NCBI GenBank assembly: GCA_029932645.1
Contig: JAOZPR010000006.1
Span: forward strand, 1-35,604
Direction: 5' to 3'
From: Candidatus Aenigmatarchaeota archaeon
GTDB lineage: Archaea; Aenigmatarchaeota; Aenigmatarchaeia; GW2011-AR5; JAGGXF01
Length of the DNA: 35,604 nucleotides
The position numbers and the translations under genes were made by a program. The number at the start of each line of letters is the position of its first letter. The first letter of the stretch is position 1. Below the pieces are notes generated by a model. That model was not told where the DNA came from. It saw nothing but the letters and a program-made list of their open reading frames with translations, and did not search any database. Shown piece after piece: positions 24,088-32,437 of the stretch.

Positions 24088-25260
24088 CTACTCAACCTTC
24101 TCAAAAGTTTTTTTAAATGGAGACATCTTCCTAAGTTCTTCTACTGATTCTGAGACGGCCTTTATAGTATAGCTCACATCCTCTTCCGTATTCTCCTTTC
24201 CGAGTGTAAGCCTTAGTGAGCCGTGGGCTTCTTCTGGCTTAAGCCCTATTGCCAATAAAACATGGCTTGGTTTGAGTGACTTAGAAGAGCATGCAGAACC
24301 TGTTGATGCTGCTATTCCTCTATCATCGAGCTTTAATATCAATGACTCGCCTTCTATAAACTTGAAATAAAAGCTGGCATTAATCGGCAGTCTTTTTTCA
24401 GGGTGCCCTGAGAGGTAGCTGTTTGGTATATTCAGAAGCTCTCTTATGAGCTTGTCCCTGAATTTAGTTATTCTTGGCATAACTGTCTGCATCTCTCTGT
24501 TGGCTATCTTCGCCGCCTCTGCCATACCAACTATACCAACAACATTTTCTGTACCGCTGCGCATGTTGCGTTCGTGTCCACCCCCATGCAAAAGAGGTCC
24601 TATCTTGGTGCCGCCCCTAATAAAAAGTGCTCCAACACCCTTTGGACCATAAATCTTATGTGAAGACATGGAAAGCATGTCAACACCAAGTTTTTTCACA
24701 TCTATCTTTATCTTGCCAACTGTTTGAACAGCATCGGTATGTAAGTATATGTTGTGCTCCTTGGCAATTTTAGCTATGTCCTCTATGGGTTCTATTGTTC
24801 CTATCTCATTGTTAGCATGCATAATAGATATCAAAATTGTATCATCTCTTATCGCTCTTTCCAGCTCATTTGTGTTAACCATTCCATAGCTGTCGACCGG
24901 CAGGTATGTAACATCAAAGCCCTGTTTCTCCAGCCATCGCGCAGAGTTGAGTACACAATCATGCTCTATCTTGGTCGTTATTATGTGTCTGCCTTTGTTT
25001 TTGTTGGCGAACGCAGTGCCTTTGAGCGCGAAGTTGTTTGATTCTGTACCGCCTGATGTAAATATTATCTCTTTCGGATCTGCCCCTATCACATATGCAA
25101 GCTTTTCCCTGCTCTTTTCCAATGCTTCTCGCGCCTCTTGCCCTTCTGTGTGTAGAGACGAAGCATTGCCAAACTTATCAGAAAAAAATGGCTTCATAGC
25201 TTCCAGAACACGCTTATCAACAGGCGTGGTAGCAGCATGATCCATATAGATTCTTTTCAT
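24088..25260 (-). CDS. iscS: Cysteine desulfurase (IscS/NifS class)
   Basis: YMDHAATTP, PLP-lysine motif SSHKIYGPKGVGALF, and active-site loop STGSACSS. The ATG at 25260 is preceded by a GGTGAT SD. Confidence 0.92.
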   Translation of the reverse strand: MKRIYMDHAATTPVDKRVLEAMKPFFSDKFGNASSLHTEGQEAREALEKSREKLAYVIGADPKEIIFTSGGTESNNFALKGTAFANKNKGRHIITTKIEHDCVLNSARWLEKQGFDVTYLPVDSYGMVNTNELERAIRDDTILISIMHANNEIGTIEPIEDIAKIAKEHNIYLHTDAVQTVGKIKIDVKKLGVDMLSMSSHKIYGPKGVGALFIRGGTKIGPLLHGGGHERNMRSGTENVVGIVGMAEAAKIANREMQTVMPRITKFRDKLIRELLNIPNSYLSGHPEKRLPINASFYFKFIEGESLILKLDDRGIAASTGSACSSKSLKPSHVLLAIGLKPEEAHGSLRLTLGKENTEEDVSYTIKAVSESVEELRKMSPFKKTFEKVE

Positions 25261-25304
25261 CACATCACCTAGCTATAGCGGGGTATCACATTATTATAAC
25301 ACCG

Positions 25305-25318
25305 TTATATTTTAAAAG
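25305..25318. promoter_or_regulatory. AT-rich TATA element TTATATTTTAAAAG, at -35 to -22 of the HTH-regulator ATG in the iscS-divergent intergenic region
   Basis: Read directly in the 79-nt divergent intergenic region. Confidence 0.4.
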
Positions 25319-25339
25319 CTTTCTGATGATAAATAAAAC

Positions 25340-25708
25340 ATGAAACCACCATGTGAGATTGTTGTCATGGAGCTGTTGCCGCAACTCAGAGCAATGCTGG
25401 CAAAAAATCTCTTGGACTCTAACATGAGCCAAGTAAAAGTAGCTGAAGTCTTGGGTGTCACACAGGGCGCTGTATCACAATATACCCACTCAATACGGGG
25501 GGCACAAAACCCCATAGTAAAAAATGAAGTAGTGAAAAAAAGAATGAACGACTTGTCTAAAGAAGTTCTGGCTGGTGCCGGGCAAGAGAAAATCATGCTT
25601 CGATTCTGTGATGTTTGTAAAGAAGTGCGTAGAAAAGGAATCTTGTGTAAAAGACACAAGGAGGCATATTCTTCTTTAAAAGATTGTGATATATGCCTCA
25701 AGAAGTAA
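25340..25708 (+). CDS. Small HTH (XRE-like) transcription regulator with C-terminal Cys cluster
   Basis: HTH MSQVKVAEVLGVTQGAVSQY. The C-terminus is C-x2-C-x9-C-x12-C-x2-C (RFCDVC...ILC...DCDIC). Confidence 0.6.
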   Translation: MKPPCEIVVMELLPQLRAMLAKNLLDSNMSQVKVAEVLGVTQGAVSQYTHSIRGAQNPIVKNEVVKKRMNDLSKEVLAGAGQEKIMLRFCDVCKEVRRKGILCKRHKEAYSSLKDCDICLKK

Positions 25709-25716
25709 TTTTTTGG

Positions 25717-26370
25717 TTATTGTTTTGTTTTCTCCTTCAGGAGAATGCGCTGGGCTACGTACCCTGTTATTCCCACCACCAGACACAGCAGACCAACATT
25801 CATCTCAAAACTCATCAAACCAGAGAAAAAGTTTTCAACAATCTCCGCTGGTATGTTCTGGCCTTTGAAAAACGAATCCATAGAAAACCTGAATAAAAGG
25901 CATGAAACGCCTGTGAGTATAAATATTATAGAAACCTTTTTAATTAGAGTCTTGATTTTTCTGTCCTGTAAATATATAAGCAGGATTCCGAGGAGAATAA
26001 AGACAATGCCGAACTTCAATGCGAGATTAAGCCAGTAATTAAGTTTGAACATAGAAAATCCGGCGAAAACCTCTTTCTTATACAACTCTTCCTTCTGGTC
26101 CAGCATCTCATTGTATTGTTTCTCTATTTTAATGCATGGCTGGCTTGTCTCGCCATACTTGGCACATATCTGGCTGATAACACTGTTCATATCAGAGCAT
26201 TCGGTTAGGTTGGCTTGCTCACAAATATCCGGCAACTGTTTCTCTACTGCTTTGTCAAAAACACTAGATAGAAACTGTTCACTTGTTATATTTGTAAGAT
26301 AAATGCTCTGGACAAACATAGAAAAAGACATTATCAGGATGAAACTTCCTATGATAGAAAGTAGTCTCAT
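25717..26370 (-). CDS. Hypothetical polytopic membrane protein with a 4-Cys extracytoplasmic helical domain (envelope cluster gene E)
   Basis: N-terminal hydrophobic helix, a Cys-containing segment (PDICEQ..TECSD..QICAK..QPC), and three further hydrophobic spans. A strong GGAGGA SD lies 6 nt upstream, and the ATG is 16 nt after the gene D stop. Confidence 0.6.
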   Translation of the reverse strand: MRLLSIIGSFILIMSFSMFVQSIYLTNITSEQFLSSVFDKAVEKQLPDICEQANLTECSDMNSVISQICAKYGETSQPCIKIEKQYNEMLDQKEELYKKEVFAGFSMFKLNYWLNLALKFGIVFILLGILLIYLQDRKIKTLIKKVSIIFILTGVSCLLFRFSMDSFFKGQNIPAEIVENFFSGLMSFEMNVGLLCLVVGITGYVAQRILLKEKTKQ

Positions 26371-26386
26371 CTATGTTCCTCCATAT

Positions 26387-27277
26387 TTATTCTTCTGGTC
26401 CCTCTTCGTATTCTTCCTCGTATTCTTCTGTCTCTTCTCCTTTGCTTGGCAAAAACATGTAGGCAAGAACAGCCACGATAATAATCACAACAGCTATTAA
26501 AATATAAATCCAGAACGGAAATCCCTTGGAAATTTTTTCTATCTCTTTATTAGCCAGGTCTATTTTGGTTCCTAAGTCCTTCAGGTTTGTGAAGGCGCTG
26601 AAGTAATCCCCTTTATCAATACCGGCTTTTGCAGCGCTGAGTTTACTCCAAATGTCATCGAAAATGCTTTGAGCAACTGTTGTATCCTTTCCCTGCTTTG
26701 TGAGCTTACTTATCGTCTTGTTCATATCAATGGCCTGGCTCATATAATTATCATACATCTCCTGTATTGTTGCTTTTGTATCTTCATCAGGAAGAACTTT
26801 CAGGCTCAGTTTCTTTTCATCCTTGACTTCTACTGTTCCTGATTTTCCAGCAACAGATATGGTCACGGTTTTGAGCTCGACTGTCGCGGTCTTTGGTATG
26901 TTAAAGGTTACATTCACATCTTTGGTCTCGCCTGTCTCCAGCGAGCTTATCGCACCGAAAGAAACCCACGTGGTTGTTATACCAGTTGCACCCAAAGAAA
27001 TGTCTGTTATTGACCCGCTCTCGTTATTCTTGATAGTTATCGAAATTGTTTTACTTGTCCCTTGTGTTATCTCTGCGCTGTCCGGACACTGGCTGATAAT
27101 CAGAAGTCCTCTGGTTGTCTCATTCGTTTCTATTGGCTGTGAAACATTTTCTATTGTAACTGTGAAATTCCCTGTTATAGTGGCAGCAGGCGTAGCAAAA
27201 ACCATGAGAGGCATGAATAATGAAAACATCAAAGTTAATGTTATAATTTCCATAAATTTAATGGTATTCATTCTCAT
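26387..27277 (-). CDS. Membrane-anchored envelope protein D: signal peptide, CARDB-like beta-sandwich, helical segment, C-terminal TM and acidic tail (paralog of gene B)
   Basis: Hydrophobic N-terminus, ITQGTSKTISITIKNNESGSITDISLG, LKVLPDEDTK, IDKGDYFSAF..LKDLGTKID, TM WIYILIAVVIIIVAVLAYMF, and tail EETEEYEEEYEEGPEE. Its ATG overlaps the gene C stop (ATGA). Confidence 0.7.
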   Translation of the reverse strand: MRMNTIKFMEIITLTLMFSLFMPLMVFATPAATITGNFTVTIENVSQPIETNETTRGLLIISQCPDSAEITQGTSKTISITIKNNESGSITDISLGATGITTTWVSFGAISSLETGETKDVNVTFNIPKTATVELKTVTISVAGKSGTVEVKDEKKLSLKVLPDEDTKATIQEMYDNYMSQAIDMNKTISKLTKQGKDTTVAQSIFDDIWSKLSAAKAGIDKGDYFSAFTNLKDLGTKIDLANKEIEKISKGFPFWIYILIAVVIIIVAVLAYMFLPSKGEETEEYEEEYEEGPEE

Positions 27278-29736
27278 GTGTAAACACCAATCGTATAGTT
27301 AGCTGTATAATTTCCTGTCGAAACGTTGGCAGGGATGGGAATATATACATCTATTGTCGCCTCTTTGGCATACTCACTTGAGGCTGTGTTGTCCTTAATT
27401 TCATGGACCTCCTGCGTCTCGTCAAAGCTATTTGTAACATTGTATGTTCTCTGTTTGTTGTTCCAATCTGTATAGGACATGACAGCTATGTCATCTATGT
27501 CAATGCTGTTTGACCCGGATTTCAGGTCTGTCATCTTTATCCTTATATAATTTCCTTTAACACTGAGATAGAATCTTACATAAAACTTGTCTGCTCCGGT
27601 ATTGTTTAATGTCCTGTCAGAAGGTAGTATAGATACGCTTCTGGTCAGTCGCACGCCTGGAACAGAATCTATAGCTACTGTTTTTGAACCAAGATTTCCC
27701 GCGATATCTTTTGCATAAACAGTAAGATTTAAAGAACCGATAGGCCAGTCTGTTGCCTTCGCATTCTCAATAACACATGCTGTGTTTCCACAGTCAGTAT
27801 CTGCCAAATTTATTGTGTTGTTTTCGATTACGTGTGAGCCATTTGTTATTTCATAATAGGCAGATGTTAGGTTCGGAGAATATGTCGGGCTCCATGTAAC
27901 ATTTAAGGTGAAGGTTGCCCCGATATCCTGACCAGATGTAGGAGATTTTATTGTAATAGACGGCGCAGTATCGTCCAGATAATACACGCACAGTGGAGTT
28001 GTCGTGTTTCCTCCACCAATAATAGAATTGCCAGCAGCGTCATCTCCTGTGATATAAAAAGATACTGAAGAGCCGCTGGAAGCAGATGTTTCATCAATGC
28101 TTTTTGTATATGTTGTGGTTGTCCCTTGTGAAGAGCCTGACTTTATGGACATCGCAGCACTGCTCCATGTACCACTGCCGAATCTCCAATACAACATAAT
28201 CGTGCTCGCGGTTTTTATGTTGTCATGGAGTGTAATCTCTATAGTCCTGCTGGAAGATGATTGCATGTATTCGTTGTTTGGCGGGCTGTGTGAATATATA
28301 GTAGGGCCGGAATCATCAACATATATTGTCTTGGTTGTGTCTGTGACATCGTTGTCATCTATGTCAGATATTATGTTTATTGTATCACCATTTTGTGCAT
28401 GGATAGAAGAACCGGCAACTGTGCTGTTGCTAATATTAAAGCTGCCCAAGTACTTTCCTTTATAGGTAGAATTTTCTGTAACGGTTATTGTTGTCCCTGT
28501 CGGGTCTGTGGTGCTATTTATGGTAACAGAACCTGTTCCCAAGTTGGCAGCAGCATATACCTCTACGAAGATTTCATCTGCAGCACTTACATAGTCTGCT
28601 ATTGTTCCGCTAGCAGAACCACGCCTAACTATAACCTCATCTGGATTAACATCGTAAGAAACAGAGTCTGTCGCATAAACGCTGTTCCCGTCGATATCAG
28701 CCCAAGCATATACGGTTGCACCATCTGATGCGTTTATCCACTTGTTGCTTTGGCTGCTTGCAACCTCTGCTGCCTGGAACGTTCCCTCGAAAATTCCCGT
28801 ATTAGCGCCTGTCTCGTTTACCATAATAGTTATTCCACTCGCGTCATTGGTGCTATTTATCGTGACTGTGCCGTTTTCTGCATCTGAAGAGTCCTTGTTC
28901 ATTGACGGGTTATATACCCTGACTTTTATCGTGTCCCAGGCATTTACTTCTGTTATGTTTGTGTCGTTTGCTGACAACAATAAAACCTTATCCAAGACTG
29001 TTATGTTTTTTGTTGCGTCCGTACCATCGTCTCCTTCTACGTCTGAGGTTATGATTATAGTATCATTGTTGGAAACCTGGAGAATGTCCTGTGGGTCATT
29101 GCTGCTTGACGTGGATGTTGAAAAACTACCTTTGTACCAGCCCGGGTATGTACCAGACTCGGTCAGCGCAACAGATATGCCTGTTGGGTCTGCCGTGCTT
29201 TTAACAGTCATCTCCTGTGTACCGCTCTTGCCGGACGAAACAGTAACATAAACTGTCTGACCTATAGAAAAGTACGTTAGCTGCGTATCATTGTAAGGAT
29301 TGCTTTGAACTTGCCTATATGTCCTTATTTCATCTGGGTCATTGTCATATGTGAGCGTGTCTGTGCCAGGATCGGCTTTATTGTCCATATCTGCGGTAAC
29401 AGTTACAACAGAACCGTCTGCTACCTCTATTATATGGTCGTCGGCACTACTCGTTGTTTCCGCGGTTATGAACCATCCCGTGTATGTTCCAGAGCTACCT
29501 GTCAGGTAAACAGTAATACCTGTTGTGTCTGCTGTGCTTGTAACATTGGCCGTATAAATTTCGGCTGCAGAATTGACAACCTTTATCGTGATGTTGTTCC
29601 ACGCGTTTGCTGTTGTTACATCGTTGTTGTTCTTGTCGAGAAGGCTAACAATGTCCTGAACAGCATATACGGTATAAATGCTACATAACAGAAAACCACA
29701 TAATAATAAAAGTACTGACAAACTTAATCTTCTCAT
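27274..29736 (-). CDS. Large secreted, unanchored surface protein C (820 aa): four repeats of about 110 aa, two Ig-like modules and a C-terminal domain shared with gene A
   Basis: Signal-like N-terminus (LSVLLLLCGFLLCSIYTVYA), four repeats carrying a T-x-D-x-T/S-G-I/T-[ST]-[IV] ... G-x-[FY] ... D-x-D pattern, DDSGPTI and DDTAPSI domain starts, many N-x-S/T sites, and no C-terminal TM. Confidence 0.7.
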   Translation of the reverse strand: MRRLSLSVLLLLCGFLLCSIYTVYAVQDIVSLLDKNNNDVTTANAWNNITIKVVNSAAEIYTANVTSTADTTGITVYLTGSSGTYTGWFITAETTSSADDHIIEVADGSVVTVTADMDNKADPGTDTLTYDNDPDEIRTYRQVQSNPYNDTQLTYFSIGQTVYVTVSSGKSGTQEMTVKSTADPTGISVALTESGTYPGWYKGSFSTSTSSSNDPQDILQVSNNDTIIITSDVEGDDGTDATKNITVLDKVLLLSANDTNITEVNAWDTIKVRVYNPSMNKDSSDAENGTVTINSTNDASGITIMVNETGANTGIFEGTFQAAEVASSQSNKWINASDGATVYAWADIDGNSVYATDSVSYDVNPDEVIVRRGSASGTIADYVSAADEIFVEVYAAANLGTGSVTINSTTDPTGTTITVTENSTYKGKYLGSFNISNSTVAGSSIHAQNGDTINIISDIDDNDVTDTTKTIYVDDSGPTIYSHSPPNNEYMQSSSSRTIEITLHDNIKTASTIMLYWRFGSGTWSSAAMSIKSGSSQGTTTTYTKSIDETSASSGSSVSFYITGDDAAGNSIIGGGNTTTPLCVYYLDDTAPSITIKSPTSGQDIGATFTLNVTWSPTYSPNLTSAYYEITNGSHVIENNTINLADTDCGNTACVIENAKATDWPIGSLNLTVYAKDIAGNLGSKTVAIDSVPGVRLTRSVSILPSDRTLNNTGADKFYVRFYLSVKGNYIRIKMTDLKSGSNSIDIDDIAVMSYTDWNNKQRTYNVTNSFDETQEVHEIKDNTASSEYAKEATIDVYIPIPANVSTGNYTANYTIGVYT

Positions 29737-29759
29737 TATTTATTTCTTAGAAATCGCGG

Positions 29760-29768
29760 AATATAAAG
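29760..29768 (-). promoter_or_regulatory. TATA box CTTTATATT at -32 to -24 of the gene C ATG (internal, leaderless-type promoter)
   Basis: It is the reverse complement of aatataaag at 29760-29768. Geometry and sequence class match the galT and PGM boxes. There is no SD in front of gene C. Confidence 0.4.
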
Positions 29769-29796
29769 TTTACCAGTCCCTGGTATGACATAACAA

Positions 29797-31128
29797 CTAG
29801 CTGGCGTAGCCAAAACCGTTCTTATCCTTTTTGAAAAGGCTCTTCAAATATTTATGAACGCGTTTTGCATGCTCCTCGAACTTTGTATCACTCGCGCTCT
29901 CGGCTGACGACAAGGTTTCGTGCTCATCTTTTGCCTCTATCATTGGTGGAGCTGCTCCTTCAAAACCTGTGGGTTTCTTTTTATTGGAATAAAAATAGTA
30001 GGCTGCCAGAGCCATAATAACTATAATGACAGTATAAACGACATACAAAAGGATTTGAGAACCGCTGGCCAGCGAAGAGAGCTTTACTTGTTCTAAGCTC
30101 TGTTTTATTTGATCTATTTTAGAGCCCACATCATTCATAAGTTGTATCGCTTCATAGTAGTTTCCATCGTCTATTTTCTTTTTAACTTCACCCAGTTCTT
30201 GTCTCACGACAACAAGCAGCGACTCTGCCTCTGAAACATCATGACCACGGGCTTTCTCCTGGTTTATTATATTTCCCAGCTCTTCGAGCACATCGGTATA
30301 ATTTAGATATGTCTGGTTAGCCTTCTTTTTCGTTTCCTCGCTTGGCAAAACCTTCAAGAGAAATGTCTCTGTACCAGAAATAGTAACACCACTCGGGTCC
30401 TTTGCACTGACCTCCAACTTAACCGTATATGTCTTGACCTCGTTGTTTTGTGGTATAGAAAAGTTAACATAAGAATACTCTTTCTCATCGACTTCAAGAG
30501 ATGAAAAAGAACTGGTTGTGATTTTATACAGCGCCAGTGGGACACCACTTAGGGTTAATTTCACATCTGTCAGGTCTTTTTCGCCGTCGTTTATTATCTC
30601 TACTTTAACTTTTTTCGTCTGCCCCTGAATTATTTCTATATTAGACAGCGCGCTAATATCTATAGACGATGCTGGGGCGGTTTCTTCTTCCTCTCCACTA
30701 GAACCGCTGTCTTGAGACGAACTGTCTGCAACACAAACACCACCAGAACAGTGTTCACCTTCTGCACAAATAGATGTTGAGAACGAACCAGAAGCGCTGC
30801 ATGTTCCTATCGTGTCCGTTGAGATGCATTCAGACGTGCCAGCCGCAATAACATTTCCATCATAAACACAATCATTCGCGCCGGAAACACAGTATTTGTT
30901 GCCGTCGTTTTCATCATCGACACAGTGACCACTGATACACTGACTATCATAGGAACACTGCTCGCCTGTACCAAGGCCCGTTGTTCCCGCAACCATGCCT
31001 GTTGGCGGATACTGTGTGTTGCCTATATCAAGAGTGCCGGTGTATTCTGCGTTAGCTGGCTGAATCAAAAACATCTGGATTAATAAAACCAATGAAAGTA
31101 TGATAATAATTTTTTTCATCCGAATCAT
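29797..31128 (-). CDS. Membrane-anchored envelope protein B: signal peptide, Cys-rich module, acidic/Ser linker, CARDB-like beta-sandwich, helical segment, C-terminal TM and a cytoplasmic tail of about 70 aa
   Basis: Signal IIIILSLVLLIQMFLIQPANA, CSYDSQCISGHCV..YCV..C repeats, IIQGQTKKVKVEIINDGEKDLTDVKLTLSG, LKVLPSEETK, IDDGNYYEAIQLMNDVGSKID and TM ILLYVVYTVIIVIMALAAYYFY. Confidence 0.7.
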   Translation of the reverse strand: MIRMKKIIIILSLVLLIQMFLIQPANAEYTGTLDIGNTQYPPTGMVAGTTGLGTGEQCSYDSQCISGHCVDDENDGNKYCVSGANDCVYDGNVIAAGTSECISTDTIGTCSASGSFSTSICAEGEHCSGGVCVADSSSQDSGSSGEEEETAPASSIDISALSNIEIIQGQTKKVKVEIINDGEKDLTDVKLTLSGVPLALYKITTSSFSSLEVDEKEYSYVNFSIPQNNEVKTYTVKLEVSAKDPSGVTISGTETFLLKVLPSEETKKKANQTYLNYTDVLEELGNIINQEKARGHDVSEAESLLVVVRQELGEVKKKIDDGNYYEAIQLMNDVGSKIDQIKQSLEQVKLSSLASGSQILLYVVYTVIIVIMALAAYYFYSNKKKPTGFEGAAPPMIEAKDEHETLSSAESASDTKFEEHAKRVHKYLKSLFKKDKNGFGYAS

Positions 31129-31141
31129 CTAAAAAGCAATA

Positions 31142-32362
31142 CTATTGGCAGGCTATGCCATACGTCGTTGTCCAGGAACTAGATATCGCAGACGTGAGTG
31201 GCACAGTGACATTTGCTGTGAAGTTTGCCTGTATGCCGTTGCTCTCGTCACTGTCTTTATCCGTGAGCAAGATTTCAGCGCCACCTGAGTAGGCATTTGC
31301 TATGGTAAAACCGCCTGACTGCGTTGAATTATATATTTTAACGTTTGAAACTGCTATGGTCGTGTCGCCGCTGCTCGCCGTCGTTGTCCAGTCAGCCATT
31401 TTTATTTTTAGTGTACAGTTTGCTGGATACGTGATATTAAAGAAGAATCCCCAGTCGTTTTGACCAGACTTTAGCACGGCTGTGGCATCCCGTCTGGTTG
31501 TGTCTTCAACAAGCGTTATTGTGTTGTTTATGAATATGTTTTTAGATATGTCCTGCGATAGATTCACATTACCAACATTATCATAAACCCTAATCGAAAT
31601 ATTAAATGTTCCGGAATTGTTTGTTATCTGATTCGTATCAAAATTGCTCCAATATAGATTATTACCAAGGCTGTTAAGTGTAAAAGAAAACCAAGAGCTA
31701 TTGTCGGTCGCGTTGGAAAACATGACCGAAGCATTCTTAAGCCCGCTCCCGCCGTCAGACGCGTTGATTGTTATATTTATTATGCCATTGGTTGTGCTGC
31801 CTTCTGTTATGTTACCCCACTTGCTGTGAGTTATGTTTTTCAGCGAAAGTGTTGGTACCGCCGTGTCTATACCTGTTATGTTTGTTGTGCTATTGGTCGA
31901 AGAACTGTTGTCCATTGTGGTAATGTTCCAAGTCTGATTAACTTCGCCAGTCTGCTCAGCTATGGCATTGAACCAGATATAAGCTGTCTGGCTCGGACCA
32001 AGCAATGGCGTGGCTGATTTGTTGACACATACGATTTTCGATATGTTTGTTGCATTCGGGCCAGTTGCATTGTATCCCTCACAGCTCCAGTTTGTCAGGG
32101 ATATGCCTATAGATGAATTATAAACAGTGAAATTCTTTGTGGCCCCGTCAAAAGGCACAGATATGTTTATCTCTGTTACATTATTGTTGCCGGTTGGGTT
32201 GGTAATGGAAAAATTATATGTCGCGTTTGTCGTCTCATTGACCCAATAATTGTTGTAAGTGTTGTTCCCTGTTATGACCACAGAAACGTTTGGCGCTTCG
32301 ATAGCTAAAACTCCCACGGCGATTAAAAACAAAGCAAGCAATATCTCAACAATTCTTTTCAT
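31142..32362 (-). CDS. Secreted, unanchored, extremely N-x-S/T-rich surface protein A (406 aa)
   Basis: The ATG at 32362 is preceded by GGAG 5 nt upstream. Signal-like MKRIVEILLALFLIAVGVLAIEAP, and about 35 N-x-S/T sequons by my count. The listed TTG extension to 32446 runs into the tRNA gene, so I reject it. Confidence 0.7.
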   Translation of the reverse strand: MKRIVEILLALFLIAVGVLAIEAPNVSVVITGNNTYNNYWVNETTNATYNFSITNPTGNNNVTEINISVPFDGATKNFTVYNSSIGISLTNWSCEGYNATGPNATNISKIVCVNKSATPLLGPSQTAYIWFNAIAEQTGEVNQTWNITTMDNSSSTNSTTNITGIDTAVPTLSLKNITHSKWGNITEGSTTNGIINITINASDGGSGLKNASVMFSNATDNSSWFSFTLNSLGNNLYWSNFDTNQITNNSGTFNISIRVYDNVGNVNLSQDISKNIFINNTITLVEDTTRRDATAVLKSGQNDWGFFFNITYPANCTLKIKMADWTTTASSGDTTIAVSNVKIYNSTQSGGFTIANAYSGGAEILLTDKDSDESNGIQANFTANVTVPLTSAISSSWTTTYGIACQ

Positions 32363-32437
32363 AATATCTCCGAATAATTTATGGTCGCATGTTATATTTA
32401 TGTTTTTTTGAAGAAGCCGAAAACACCCCCGGCGGGA

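Noticed and set aside
25281-25302. A dyad-symmetric operator (GGTATCACATT/ATTATAACACC) between iscS and the HTH regulator.
   Set aside because: Only 7 of 11 positions pair. That is not better than expected in AT-rich DNA, so I do not claim it as a binding site.
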